Assembly (NCBI GenBank): GCA_964441875.1
Contig: CAYTVV010000004.1
Location: forward strand, 394-64,393
DNA length: 64,000 nt
Direction: 5' to 3'
Origin: an uncultured Desulfurivibrio sp.
GTDB lineage: Bacteria; Desulfobacterota; Desulfobulbia; Desulfobulbales; Desulfurivibrionaceae
Shown: piece by piece, positions 1 to 9,902 of the stretch
Layout of the letters: each line of letters opens with the position of its first letter
How positions within the stretch are numbered: position 1 is the stretch's first letter
Notes under the pieces: model-generated
What the model was told of the DNA's origin: nothing
Database searches by the model: none
What the model saw: only the letters and a program-made list of their open reading frames with translations
Position numbers and translations under genes: made by a program

Positions 1-1
1 G

Positions 2-2131
2 CAGTATCTGGTCCAGGCCAGGTACGCTATCCGCAACAATAAAACCGGGGTGCCCATGGAAAAAGACATGGCCCAGGTGCTGTTGCGCATCAGCAAGCAG
101 TTCAAGCACCCCGCGGTGGCCAAGGCCCTGATCCACGGCACCATCATTACTGCCACGCCCTTTCTGATGAACGGCGGCAACCCTTATACCCGCCGGGCCG
201 GTTTTTATTCCTGCTATCCCTTGGGCGACGTGGAAGACTCCACCGATGCGATCTTCGACATGGAGCGCGATCTGGTCAGCATCTTCCAACATGCCGGCGG
301 CGGCGGCATCGACGTGACCAAGATCCGGCCCAAGGGCACCATCGTTGATAACGGCCAGGGGCTTGCCTCCGGTCCGGTTTCCTTTGCCAAGGGGTTTTCG
401 CACCTCTCGGAGCGCATCAGCCAAGGCGGTAAGCGGCGGGGCGCCCTGATGATTCAGGCGGACTGGGATATCAAGGATATCAAGGAGTTCGTCACCTTCA
501 AGGGGGAGAATCCTGGCCGGTACAGCGGTTGTAACGTCTCGCTCAACGTGACCGATGAGAAGTTTTGGGATAATGAGGAGCTTACCACCTTGGTGGCCGA
601 GTACATCTGGAAATCCGGCGATCCCGGTCTGCTCTTTACCCAGAAAAGCCTGGCCAACACCCCGGTGCTCGCCAAGCATAATCCGATTTATTCCAACCCT
701 TGCGGAGAATACCTTTCCACCAAGGATACGGCCTGCAATCTGCTCACGGTCTGTCTGTCAAAGTGCCTCCACGAGGACAAGGGCAAGTTTTTCGACGGGG
801 TTTTCGAGGCGGCCAGGCTTGCGGCCATCGCCGGCAACGAGATCCTCGACCTGGGCGGCTTCCCCCCCATTGAACGGATCAAGGCCAATACCCTCAAGTT
901 CAGGCCCATCGGCATCGGCTTTACCGGTCTGCACCATGCTATGAACCATTTCGGGGTTTCCTATGCCGATGAGCACGAGGCGCCGCTCTTTGCCAAGGCG
1001 ACCCAGCTGGCCCTGATGCTGGGTTCCATGCAGGGCAGTATCGATTACGCCGAGTTTATCAAGAAGGAGGGCAAGCAGAAAAAGCTTACCCCCCAGGAAT
1101 GGAACATGACCTATGTCGACAAGATCGACAGCGAGGCCCTGTCCTTCATTGAGTCGGACATGCCCAACAAGGCCCAGTGGCGCAAGCGAACCGGCGATAT
1201 TTTCGGCCTCCTGCGCAAGCTTGGCGGTCTGTATAACTCGGTGACCACCTCCCAGGCCCCCACCGGCTCGATCTCCCAGTTGATGCGGGTGGCCTGTACC
1301 GGGGTGGAGCCCTATTTCTCCATGATCCAGCGCCGCAAGGTCAAGGATGTGGATGATACCTGGAAAGAGTTTATCCTTGTGCCCCTGGAGTTTTACCAGT
1401 ACGAGGAGGAGAAGCTGGAGTGGATTGCCGAGCAGACCGCGCACAAGATCGAACCGTACCAGCAGATTCGGATTCTTGAGGCCTGCCAGGCCTTCAATCA
1501 TACCGCGGTTTCCAAGACCATCAATCTGCCCGCCGACACCACGGTGGCCGATATTAAGAAGATCCTCCAGTATGCCCGGAAAAGCAATCTCAAGGGCATC
1601 ACCATGTTCCGCGATTCCTCCATGGAAGGGGTGTTGAGCGACCATGGCGGCAAGCTGGAAGATACTTGCGAATTCTGCGATATGGACGTGCGCAGCGGCA
1701 GCACCTACAAGTTCCGGGGGCCGGCGCCGCTGTATATCACCGCCAACAAGGGCGGACAGGGGCATGTGCGGGAGATTTTCCTCAACACCACCAAGTCCGG
1801 TTCGACCCTGCACGGGATGAGCGAGGCCCTGGGCCGGGTCATTTCCGTGGCGCTCCAGCACGATTACCGGCTGGTGGGCAAGATCGCCCGGACCCTGGAG
1901 GATATCTCCTCCGACGGCGCTTGGATCAGCGCCTCGCTGGGCCGGTGTTATTCCATCCCCGCGGCCTTGGCCAAGGTTCTTGACAAGAGCGGCGAAGGCG
2001 AGGTGGAGCAGGACCCGGAGCCGTACGCCGAGCCTTCCTCCTATGCCTCCTGCCCGGCTTGCGGCAAGCTGAGCCTGCGGCGCAGCGGCGGCTGCAACCA
2101 GTGCGTCAGTTGCGGCTACTCTTCGTGTTGA
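2..2131 (+). CDS. nrdJ: Class II (adenosylcobalamin-dependent) ribonucleotide reductase, 5' end cut by window edge
   Basis: Frame is open from nt 2 (QYLVQARYAIRNNKTG precedes the listed GTG at 50). Active-site IYSNPCGEY, AVSKTINLP, and a C-terminal CPACG...CNQCVSCG zinc-ribbon tail. Confidence 0.85.
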   Translation, partial: QYLVQARYAIRNNKTGVPMEKDMAQVLLRISKQFKHPAVAKALIHGTIITATPFLMNGGNPYTRRAGFYSCYPLGDVEDSTDAIFDMERDLVSIFQHAGGGGIDVTKIRPKGTIVDNGQGLASGPVSFAKGFSHLSERISQGGKRRGALMIQADWDIKDIKEFVTFKGENPGRYSGCNVSLNVTDEKFWDNEELTTLVAEYIWKSGDPGLLFTQKSLANTPVLAKHNPIYSNPCGEYLSTKDTACNLLTVCLSKCLHEDKGKFFDGVFEAARLAAIAGNEILDLGGFPPIERIKANTLKFRPIGIGFTGLHHAMNHFGVSYADEHEAPLFAKATQLALMLGSMQGSIDYAEFIKKEGKQKKLTPQEWNMTYVDKIDSEALSFIESDMPNKAQWRKRTGDIFGLLRKLGGLYNSVTTSQAPTGSISQLMRVACTGVEPYFSMIQRRKVKDVDDTWKEFILVPLEFYQYEEEKLEWIAEQTAHKIEPYQQIRILEACQAFNHTAVSKTINLPADTTVADIKKILQYARKSNLKGITMFRDSSMEGVLSDHGGKLEDTCEFCDMDVRSGSTYKFRGPAPLYITANKGGQGHVREIFLNTTKSGSTLHGMSEALGRVISVALQHDYRLVGKIARTLEDISSDGAWISASLGRCYSIPAALAKVLDKSGEGEVEQDPEPYAEPSSYASCPACGKLSLRRSGGCNQCVSCGYSSC

Positions 2132-2155
2132 TGCACTAAAAAAAAGGGAGTTTGC

Positions 2156-4108
2156 ATGCAAACAGGCCCGCAACAAGGTAGATACAGCAAGGCGGTCATG
2201 GCGTTCATGGCCGTCTTGTTGTTTTTTATGGCGGTGGGCGACATTATCATTGCCCGCCATCAACGGAATTTTTTGTTTTCCCAGGCGCAAGCTCAGGCCC
2301 GCGGCGATTTGCAACTGATGGCGGGCAATTTCCTCGATCCACTTCTCAAGTATGACTACGACTGGATACACGGCTTTGTCCTGCGGTGGGGCGAGGAGCA
2401 TCACGAGGTGGTGCGTCTGGCCGCCGTTGGCGCGGAAGGCCGGGAGCTGGTTGTTTTCAATCGTCCCAGGGAAGGGGCAAAAGTTTCTTATCTTGAAGAG
2501 AAGGTACTCTTTGAGGGTAAGCAGCTATTGACCTTGCAGCTGGAGTATTCCTCCGGCGAGGTGGATGTTCTCCTGCGCAAGCTTCACTGGCAGTTGGGGC
2601 TTGCCTCGTTTCTTCTCACGGCTATTGCCGGGATTGTCCTGTGGTTCACCCTGCGCCGTATCGCCCTCGCTCCCCTGGAAAGAGAAATCGTTTTGCGTTT
2701 GGAAACGGAGCAGAAACTGGCCACGGCCCATCACTGGCTTGAGGAGCGGGTCCGTGAGCGGACCGTCGATCTTGAGGACGCCAATCTCCTGTTGCACAAA
2801 GAAGTTCTCGAACGCCATGCCGCGGAAGAGCAGCTTTCCCGGCTGCATCGGGAATACGAGCTGATTCTGAACTCCGCCGGGGAAGGGATCTATGGGCTTG
2901 ACACCGAGGGCCGTATAACCTTTGTCAACACGGCTGGTTTGCAGATTCTGGGCTATGAAGAGATGGAATTGATCGGCAGGCATCTGCATGATGTTCGGCA
3001 TCACGTGCGCTGGGATGGCGAGGCGTATGACCGGGAGGATTGCCCGGTGTGCGCGGCCTATGCCGAGGGCCAAAAAAAGCAGGGAGAAGAAAGCTATTTC
3101 GGGAGAAAGGACGGTACTGTTTTTCCGGTGGAGTTTGTCGGCGCCCCCCTTGTGGAAGGCGATACGGTCATGGGGACGGTGGTGGTGTTTGAAGACATCA
3201 CCGTGCGCAAGCAGACCGAACAAGATCTGCTGGGGTTGACCGAAACCCTGGAGCGGCGGGTCATGGAGCGTACACTTCGCCTGGACGCCGCCAACCAGGA
3301 ATTGCGGGAAACCTTGGGCCAGTTGGAGCAGACCCAGACCCAGCTGGTTCAAGCCGGAAAGATGGCCGCCCTGGGCGATCTGGTGGCAGGGGTTGCCCAT
3401 GAGATCAACACTCCGGTGGGCGTGGGCGTTACAGCGGCCTCGCATCTGGAAAGCGAGACCAGGGCGATCGTGGCGCTCCATGAGGCTGGGCGCATGAAAC
3501 GGGGCGATCTTGACCGGTATTTTGCACTCTGTCAGGATGGCGCTAAATTGATTCTTTCCAACCTAAACCGGGCGGCGGAACTGATCCGCAGCTTTAAACA
3601 GGTGGCGGTGGATCAGTCCGGGGAGGCACGCAGGAAGTTTCGGGTTAAGGAGTATTTGGCCGAGGTCTGCTTGAGTCTCAGGCCGGTTTTAAAGAATACC
3701 GGCCACCGTCTGGAGATCTCCTGCCCAGAGGATCTGGAGTTGAACAGCTATCCTGGGGCTTTTTCCCAGATCGTCACCAACTTCATCACCAACTCGCTGA
3801 CCCATGCCTATGATGAGGGTGATGCCGGCTCTCTGCGTTTTGATATCAGGCTACAGGGCGGCAATGTCCTGTTTCGATACACCGACGACGGCAAGGGGAT
3901 GACCGAGGATCAGGTCAACCATGCCTTTGACCCTTTTTTTACGACCAATCGGAAAAAAGGAGGGAGCGGTTTAGGGCTACATATCGTATATAATCTTGTA
4001 ACCCAGAAATTGCTGGGGACAATCACCTGTGAAAGCAGGCCAGGGAAGGGAACAGCCTTTGTTCTTCTTTTTCCGGCCGTTATACCTGGGGGGGTAGCGC
4101 ATGGTTGA
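2156..4108 (+). CDS. Membrane sensor histidine kinase (2 TM segments, coiled coil, PAS, HisKA/HATPase)
   Basis: H-box VAHEINTPVGV, G-box GGSGLGLHIVYNL, PAS-like SAGEGIYGLD..TFVN. GGGAG SD upstream of the ATG. Confidence 0.8.
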   Translation: MQTGPQQGRYSKAVMAFMAVLLFFMAVGDIIIARHQRNFLFSQAQAQARGDLQLMAGNFLDPLLKYDYDWIHGFVLRWGEEHHEVVRLAAVGAEGRELVVFNRPREGAKVSYLEEKVLFEGKQLLTLQLEYSSGEVDVLLRKLHWQLGLASFLLTAIAGIVLWFTLRRIALAPLEREIVLRLETEQKLATAHHWLEERVRERTVDLEDANLLLHKEVLERHAAEEQLSRLHREYELILNSAGEGIYGLDTEGRITFVNTAGLQILGYEEMELIGRHLHDVRHHVRWDGEAYDREDCPVCAAYAEGQKKQGEESYFGRKDGTVFPVEFVGAPLVEGDTVMGTVVVFEDITVRKQTEQDLLGLTETLERRVMERTLRLDAANQELRETLGQLEQTQTQLVQAGKMAALGDLVAGVAHEINTPVGVGVTAASHLESETRAIVALHEAGRMKRGDLDRYFALCQDGAKLILSNLNRAAELIRSFKQVAVDQSGEARRKFRVKEYLAEVCLSLRPVLKNTGHRLEISCPEDLELNSYPGAFSQIVTNFITNSLTHAYDEGDAGSLRFDIRLQGGNVLFRYTDDGKGMTEDQVNHAFDPFFTTNRKKGGSGLGLHIVYNLVTQKLLGTITCESRPGKGTAFVLLFPAVIPGGVAHG

Positions 4109-5657
4109 GTCAGATGAGGCGGTTTTTTTTGCGGATGAGCCGGACGGGGCTGTTTCTTCCCGGCAAGGAGCGGGGGGCAAGGGCACCTGGAAAGTGCTGG
4201 TGGTTGACGATGAGGAAGAGGTGCACGCCGTCACCAAGCTGGTTCTCTCGGATTTTTCCTACGAGAACAAAGGGCTTTTTTTTCTGCACGCCTATTCCGG
4301 CAGGGAAGCCAGGGAGCTTATTGCCGAGCACCCCGACACCGCGATCATCTTTCTTGACGTGGTCATGGAGAAAAACGATGCCGGACTCGAAGTGGTCCGC
4401 TACATCCGGGAGGAGCTGAAAAACTTCTTTGTCCGGATCATCCTGCGCACCGGGCAGCCCGGTCAGGCGCCAGCCGAGAAGGTCATCGTTGAGTATGACA
4501 TCAACGATTACAAGGAGAAAACCGAGCTCACCGCCCAGAAACTTTTTACCACCATGGTGGCCTCCCTGCGCTCCTATCGGGATATCCTCACCATCGAGGC
4601 AAACCGCAAGGGGCTGGAAAAGATCATCGAGGCGGCCACCTATATCTGTCGGCTCAGGTCGATCAAAAATCTGGCCAGCGGGGTTTTGACTCAGTTGGTT
4701 TCCATCCTGCATCTCAGCGAAAATGCCCTCTATTGTCAGACCTCCGGGATTGCGGTGTCCAAGGTGCAGGGCAGTTTCAATGTGCTGGCTGCCACCGGAG
4801 CGTATGAGCCGTATATCGACGCGGAGGTCAGCGAAGAATTGCCGGCCAAGGTTCTTGCTGATGTTCTGCGGGCAACGACGCTCAAACAATCCATCTGTGA
4901 GGACAACCGGTATATCGGGTATTTCCGCAGTGAGCGCGGGGAAGAAACGGTTATCTATCTTGAAGGCTGGCGGGATCTCTGCGAGCTTGACCGCCGGATG
5001 ATCGAGATTTTTTGCGGCAACGTGCAGGTGGCCTACGAAAACGTGCTCCTGAACCAGGAAATCGAGGGAACCCAGAAGGAGATCATCTACACCCTGGGAG
5101 AGCTTGCTGAGATGCGTTCCCTGGAGACAGGCAACCATGTCCGCAGGGTGGCGGAATACAGTCATCTGCTCGCGGAAAAGCATGGCTTGAGTCAGCGGGA
5201 GGTGGATGTGATCCGCCTTGCTTCCTCCATGCATGACGTGGGCAAGGTTGCCATCCCCGATGCCATCCTCAACAAGACCGGGCCGTTGAGCACTGCCGAG
5301 TTTGAGGTCATGAAGACCCATACCATCCGGGCCCAGGAGATAATGGGCTTTTCCGATCGGGAGATCATCAAGACCGCCATTGTCATCGCTTTGCAGCACC
5401 ACGAAAAATTTGACGGCAGCGGGTATCCCAAGGGCTTGAAAGGGGAGGATATCCACATCAGCGCGAGAATCACCGCCCTTGCCGATGTGTTTGACGCTCT
5501 GGGCAATGACCGGTCCTACCGTGAGGCCTGGGAGATGGAGGCCATCCTTGATCTTATCCGCAGGGAACGGGGCGCACACTTCGACCCGGTTCTGGTGGAT
5601 CTCTTTTTTGAAAACATCGACACGATCCTGGCCATCAGAAAAAGGCTGGCTGGGTAG
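4101..5657 (+). CDS. Response regulator with REC + HD-GYP phosphodiesterase domains (RpfG-like)
   Basis: KVLVVDDEE...FLDVVM receiver; HD-GYP motifs SSMHDVGKVAIPD and HHEKFDGSGYPKG. The start overlaps the kinase stop by 8 nt. Confidence 0.85.
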   Translation: MVESDEAVFFADEPDGAVSSRQGAGGKGTWKVLVVDDEEEVHAVTKLVLSDFSYENKGLFFLHAYSGREARELIAEHPDTAIIFLDVVMEKNDAGLEVVRYIREELKNFFVRIILRTGQPGQAPAEKVIVEYDINDYKEKTELTAQKLFTTMVASLRSYRDILTIEANRKGLEKIIEAATYICRLRSIKNLASGVLTQLVSILHLSENALYCQTSGIAVSKVQGSFNVLAATGAYEPYIDAEVSEELPAKVLADVLRATTLKQSICEDNRYIGYFRSERGEETVIYLEGWRDLCELDRRMIEIFCGNVQVAYENVLLNQEIEGTQKEIIYTLGELAEMRSLETGNHVRRVAEYSHLLAEKHGLSQREVDVIRLASSMHDVGKVAIPDAILNKTGPLSTAEFEVMKTHTIRAQEIMGFSDREIIKTAIVIALQHHEKFDGSGYPKGLKGEDIHISARITALADVFDALGNDRSYREAWEMEAILDLIRRERGAHFDPVLVDLFFENIDTILAIRKRLAG

Positions 5658-5660
5658 CGA

Positions 5661-6614
5661 TTATCGTGTTTTCAATGCCTCGCCGATGAGCGGCCAAATC
5701 CGGCGCAGTTCTTCCCGGTTGGCAAAGGGAATGGAGAGCTGCATTTGATCCTGCTCAAAGGAGGGCGAGTGGCTGAGGGCCACCGCACTGGGCAGCTTGA
5801 GGGTGGCCACGAAGGTGCGAAATTCCTGTTCCGCCGCAGCGAGGCTGGGGAAGCGCTGATCGGTGAGCCACTGCATGAGCTTCGCTGTTTTTTGCGGGAT
5901 GTTCGTTTCCTTAGGGTCAAGGATTTCCCGCACCTCGGGCTGGCAGAGCAGGGCCATGACCGAGGTGTTGTGCCTAGCCGCCAGCTCCCGGCAACAGGCG
6001 GTGATCTTTTTCTGGTTGCTGACGCTGAGGCTGAGGATCTCCATGACCTCATGGAGGGAAAGGCGGTCGGTGAAATTCAGGCCCAGCAATTCCCTGGCCA
6101 CCCCATCGTGTAATCGTCCTTCGTGGACCGCGCCCAGCAGGTGCTCTTCAAGCCCGAGAAGCTGTAACAGATTGTGCAGGTGATGGCGGTGCGGTTCCAG
6201 CCCAAGGGCGGGGAGAAACCGGCGGGCCGCCTCATTCTCATCCAGATGGCCAAGGATTTTCTGGAAAAAGATCGCCTGCTCGACCACGGTGATGTTGCCC
6301 CGGAGCAAGGTGTCTTCCAGATTGATGGCCAGGGTTTCGGTGGGCAGGGTTTCCGCAGGCAGAACCAGGCAGATGGCGGAGATGCTGTGTTGGGTCTGCT
6401 GGGCCGCCAGCAATCGTCTGCGGCCCGTGACGATCTCCAGGCTGGTCCGGCCCTGTTCCCTGAGGATGGGGGGGTGGAGAATTCCGGTCCTGGCAACGGA
6501 TGCCAGCAACTCCGCACTTGGCTCCCGTGCTTCTTCCGGGGTCAGGCTGTTGCTGAAATCCTGAAAATTGATGTGGTGCAGGTTGACGAGGCTTGAACGG
6601 AAGGTCGGCGGCAT
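5661..6614 (-). CDS. ParB/Srx N-terminal-domain protein (orphan ParB-like)
   Basis: I place the start at the internal ATG (6612-6614, MPPTFRSSLVNLHHINF). ILHPPILRE and IVTGRRRLLAAQ resemble the ParB GxRR arginine patch. The listed ORF up to 7184 runs antisense through the next gene. Confidence 0.55.
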   Translation of the reverse strand: MPPTFRSSLVNLHHINFQDFSNSLTPEEAREPSAELLASVARTGILHPPILREQGRTSLEIVTGRRRLLAAQQTQHSISAICLVLPAETLPTETLAINLEDTLLRGNITVVEQAIFFQKILGHLDENEAARRFLPALGLEPHRHHLHNLLQLLGLEEHLLGAVHEGRLHDGVARELLGLNFTDRLSLHEVMEILSLSVSNQKKITACCRELAARHNTSVMALLCQPEVREILDPKETNIPQKTAKLMQWLTDQRFPSLAAAEQEFRTFVATLKLPSAVALSHSPSFEQDQMQLSIPFANREELRRIWPLIGEALKTR

Positions 6615-6722
6615 TGGCGTTCTCTTGGGCTGTTGAAGTCTAGGGTTGCTTGACTCTATGGGAAAAAAGGCCCATCTTGTCAATGAAAACCTGTAGGGAA
6701 TTTTAGAGAGGGAAGGACCGCC

Positions 6723-7367
6723 GTGTACGTAACCATCATTGTGGCCAGCACCATCTGCGGACGCATCGGCCCCGGTCTTACCGGCAGCCCAGTTGACCGC
6801 AGGCTTCTCGAAAATATGCGGGAGATAACCGATGCCAGCTTGCTGGGCGCGGAAACCCTGCGCTTGGGTGACCCGGAGATGCTGGGGCTGGAGGGGCGTT
6901 TCCTGCCCAACCGGATCAGAGCTTTCATCACCGAGTCCGGCGATATCCCGGTGGTCGGGAGAAAGATCTTTGCCCAAGGGGTGGCGCCGCTTATCTTTAC
7001 CGGCGGAGCGGCAGCTGCGGAATTGCGACAGAAGCTGGGGGATCTCGCCGAGATTGTGATCCTGCCGGCCATGCCCGGGGGAGGGCTTTCCTTGGCCGCA
7101 GCCTTTGCCTATCTGGCAGAACTCGGCGCGGCCTCGGTGCTGATCGAGGGCGGCGGCCGTTTGAACTATGCCTGCCTGCGGCAAGGGGTTGTCGATGAGA
7201 TTCTCCTCACCCTGACCCCGAAACTTTCCGGCGACCAGGGAGCTGCCTCTTTGTGCGGCGGGCCTGGTCCGCTGGGTGAGCCGTTTTTGCCGCTGACCCT
7301 GGTTTCCTGCGAGGCTGCGGCAACCGGGGAGGTGTTTTTGAAATATCGGGTGGGCAAGGAGGAATGA
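6723..7367 (+). CDS. RibD C-terminal-domain / dihydrofolate-reductase-like reductase
   Basis: VTIIVASTICGRIG and LIEGGGRLNYACLRQGVVDEILLTLTPKLSG match the RibD_C fold signature. GTG start with a GGGAAGGA SD. Confidence 0.6.
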   Translation: MYVTIIVASTICGRIGPGLTGSPVDRRLLENMREITDASLLGAETLRLGDPEMLGLEGRFLPNRIRAFITESGDIPVVGRKIFAQGVAPLIFTGGAAAAELRQKLGDLAEIVILPAMPGGGLSLAAAFAYLAELGAASVLIEGGGRLNYACLRQGVVDEILLTLTPKLSGDQGAASLCGGPGPLGEPFLPLTLVSCEAAATGEVFLKYRVGKEE

Positions 7368-8119
7368 CCATGCAGCAGGACCTGGCGATCTTGTATTCCG
7401 GCGGGACCGATTCCCTTGCCCTCTATGCCCTGGCCAGCGCCGGGCATCATCCGGGCCTGGCCAGGCCGGTGCGCATCCATTTGCTCCATATGCTCAACGG
7501 CATGGGACGCTTTGCCGATTTCCCCAGAAACCGATTTTTGGTCGCGCAAAAGATTCTGCTGGCCAACGCCGCTGATTCCCAAAAAATACCGGCAGCGGAG
7601 ATGGTGGAGCTTGACATGGGCAGGTTATTCCAGGGGCTATGGCTTGATCGTTATGAAGAATACATGCCCCGCTACAACGGGAAAAATCTTGTCTGCGTGG
7701 CCTGCAAGCTTGCCATGCACGCCCGGGCCATCATCTATTGCCACGAGCATTTCGTGCCTCATTTTGTGGCCGGGTACACCAAGAAGCAGGGCCATTACCC
7801 CGAGCAGACCCCTGTTTTCATGGCAAAGATCGGGGAGCTGTCGGCCCGGTTCGGGATCAGCACCACCTTTCCGGTGTACGAGGATTTTGACGACCAGATG
7901 ATCACCCGGCATGTGCTGGAGGATTTCGGCCTGCCCTCCACGGGCGGGGGCGAGAGGAAATGCCTGTTCTGTCAGACCTTGACCACGGCAACGGAGCAGG
8001 AGATCGGCCAGTATCTGGATGACATGCTGCCACGGGTTGGCGAGTATATCGATCACCGCTTGGCCGGTCGGGTTCGTGAGGCGGCCCTGTGTTTTCCTCC
8101 TGGCAATCGGAGCATGTAG
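7364..8119 (+). CDS. PP-loop (adenine nucleotide alpha-hydrolase superfamily) ATPase, function unknown
   Basis: N-terminal ILYSGGTDSL PP-loop; Cys pairs CVAC and CLFC. ATGA overlap with the upstream reductase. Confidence 0.55.
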   Translation: MTMQQDLAILYSGGTDSLALYALASAGHHPGLARPVRIHLLHMLNGMGRFADFPRNRFLVAQKILLANAADSQKIPAAEMVELDMGRLFQGLWLDRYEEYMPRYNGKNLVCVACKLAMHARAIIYCHEHFVPHFVAGYTKKQGHYPEQTPVFMAKIGELSARFGISTTFPVYEDFDDQMITRHVLEDFGLPSTGGGERKCLFCQTLTTATEQEIGQYLDDMLPRVGEYIDHRLAGRVREAALCFPPGNRSM

Positions 8120-8306
8120 TTCCCCGGCAGTAATGGGCGCAAGGTATCTTGCGCTGTTGCGCGGTTTTACCCATTTATTCCCACAAGTTACTCCACCTCC
8201 CTCCTGTCTCGTCAAAGTAGATTGCCCCCCTTTACCTCCGAGTTATGCTCCCACCATGCTGGGTTTGTTTCGATAAATTAGCCCTTTGTCTGTCCTTTTC
8301 CTGTGC

Positions 8307-8322
8307 TGGCACCTAATTTGCT
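8307..8322 (+). promoter_or_regulatory. Sigma-54 (-24/-12) promoter
   Basis: TGGCAC-ctaat-TTGCT matches TGGCAC-N5-TTGCW. It lies about 110 nt upstream of the cytochrome start. Confidence 0.6.
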
Positions 8323-8432
8323 ATACAACCTCCCTATATCAGTTGTTGCTGGGCATGATTTTTCTGCCTTCGCTCCGAGGCTAAGAAAGGGGGGGAGGAT
8401 AACTGTAATTTTTTTTAAAGAGGAGAGAAGCT

Positions 8433-9875
8433 ATGAAAAAACACCGTGTGTTTTCGGCAATGCTGGCGGTTTCCGCTGTGGTGGCGGGGGGAGCGGCGTA
8501 TGCCGGTGAGGCGCATAAGGCGATCACCGGGCCTTTTGCCACGCCCATGGATGTGACCAAGAAATGTTTGGAGTGCCATGCGGACGCAGCAACGGACATC
8601 ATGAAAACCACTCACTGGACCTGGGCCAGCGAGCAGGAGATTTCCGGCAAGAAAGGCAAAGTGATGCTGGGCAAGAAGAACGCCATCAACAATTTCTGCA
8701 TCTCCTTGGACGCCAACTGGCCGCGCTGCACTAGCTGTCATATCAGCTACGGCTGGAAGGATGCCAAGTTTGATTTCAGCGATAAAACCAAGGTGGATTG
8801 CCTGATCTGCCATGACAGCACAGGCACTTATAAAAAGGCTCCTCCTGCGGCGGGTATGCCCTTTGGCTTCACCGGCAACCCGGAGTTCGACGCCAAGCCC
8901 GTTGATCTAGTGGCTGTGGCCCAGGGCGTGGGCAAGCCCGCCAAGAAAAATTGCGTGTCCTGCCATGGTTTTGGCGGTGGCGGCAATAACGTCAAGCACG
9001 GGGACATCGATTCCTCCATGGCGAATCCCACCAAGGCCATTGATGTGCACATGGGCTCCGACGGTCTGAACTTCCAGTGCACTGAGTGCCATACCACCCA
9101 GAAGCACAATATCAAGGGCAATGCCATGGTGGTAATGCCCGGAGGCAAAAATCATATCGATTGCAATGGCTGCCACGATCCCAAGCCCCACAAGAATGCC
9201 AACTTGAACCGGCATACCGCCACCGTGGCCTGTCAGACCTGCCATATCCCCACCTTTGCCAAGGCCATGCCCACCAAGATGAACTGGGACTGGTCCACCG
9301 CCGGTCAGGATATCAAGGTGGAGGAGCAGGTGTTCGGCACGGAGAAGCGCGAGGGGTATGCAAAGATAAAAGGCCACTTTACCTGGGCAAAAGACGTGGT
9401 TCCCGCCTACAAATGGTACAACGGCAAGGCCACTGTCTATCTGCGCGGCGAGAAGATAGATCCGGCCAAGGTCACAGAGTTGAACGCGCCTACGGGCAGC
9501 ATCAAGGACAAGACCGCCAAGATCTATCCGTTCAAGGTGCATACCGGCAAGCAGATCTACGACAAGGAAAACAAGTACTTCCTGACTCCCAAGGTCTGGC
9601 CGTCCAACAAGGAAGACAAGGACGCCTACTGGAAGAACTATGACTGGGACAAGGCGGTCAGGGCTGGGAGCGAGGCTTCAGGCCTGCCATACAGCGGCAG
9701 CTTCGATTTTGCCCCCACGGTCATGTACTGGCGGATCAACCACATGGTTGCCCCGGCCAGCGAGGCATTGAAGTGCAACGATTGTCATGCCGCAAATGGT
9801 CGCCTTGACTGGAAGGCCCTGGGCTACAAGGGCGATCCCATGAAAACCAAAGGCGCCGCCAGGATGAAAAAGTAA
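8433..9875 (+). CDS. Octaheme c-type cytochrome, tetrathionate-reductase (Otr)-like family
   Basis: Signal peptide, then eight CxxCH motifs (CLECH, CTSCH, CLICH, CVSCH, CTECH, CNGCH, CQTCH, CNDCH) in 480 aa. GAGGAGAG SD. Confidence 0.8.
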   Translation: MKKHRVFSAMLAVSAVVAGGAAYAGEAHKAITGPFATPMDVTKKCLECHADAATDIMKTTHWTWASEQEISGKKGKVMLGKKNAINNFCISLDANWPRCTSCHISYGWKDAKFDFSDKTKVDCLICHDSTGTYKKAPPAAGMPFGFTGNPEFDAKPVDLVAVAQGVGKPAKKNCVSCHGFGGGGNNVKHGDIDSSMANPTKAIDVHMGSDGLNFQCTECHTTQKHNIKGNAMVVMPGGKNHIDCNGCHDPKPHKNANLNRHTATVACQTCHIPTFAKAMPTKMNWDWSTAGQDIKVEEQVFGTEKREGYAKIKGHFTWAKDVVPAYKWYNGKATVYLRGEKIDPAKVTELNAPTGSIKDKTAKIYPFKVHTGKQIYDKENKYFLTPKVWPSNKEDKDAYWKNYDWDKAVRAGSEASGLPYSGSFDFAPTVMYWRINHMVAPASEALKCNDCHAANGRLDWKALGYKGDPMKTKGAARMKK

Positions 9876-9902
9876 TATCCCTGGCCTTCGAACCATTTCT
9901 GC

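Noticed and set aside
758-2404. 548-aa minus-strand ORF antisense to nrdJ
   Set aside because: This is a typical GC-rich shadow ORF (Gly/Ala/Arg/Leu-rich, no motifs) lying opposite a gene with unambiguous RNR motifs.
6615-7184. N-terminal 190 codons of the listed 507-aa minus-strand ORF (5661-7184)
   Set aside because: This part runs antisense through the RibD_C-like gene, is Arg/Gly/Pro-rich low-complexity sequence, and has no SD. A good internal ATG at 6614 begins the ParB-like domain.
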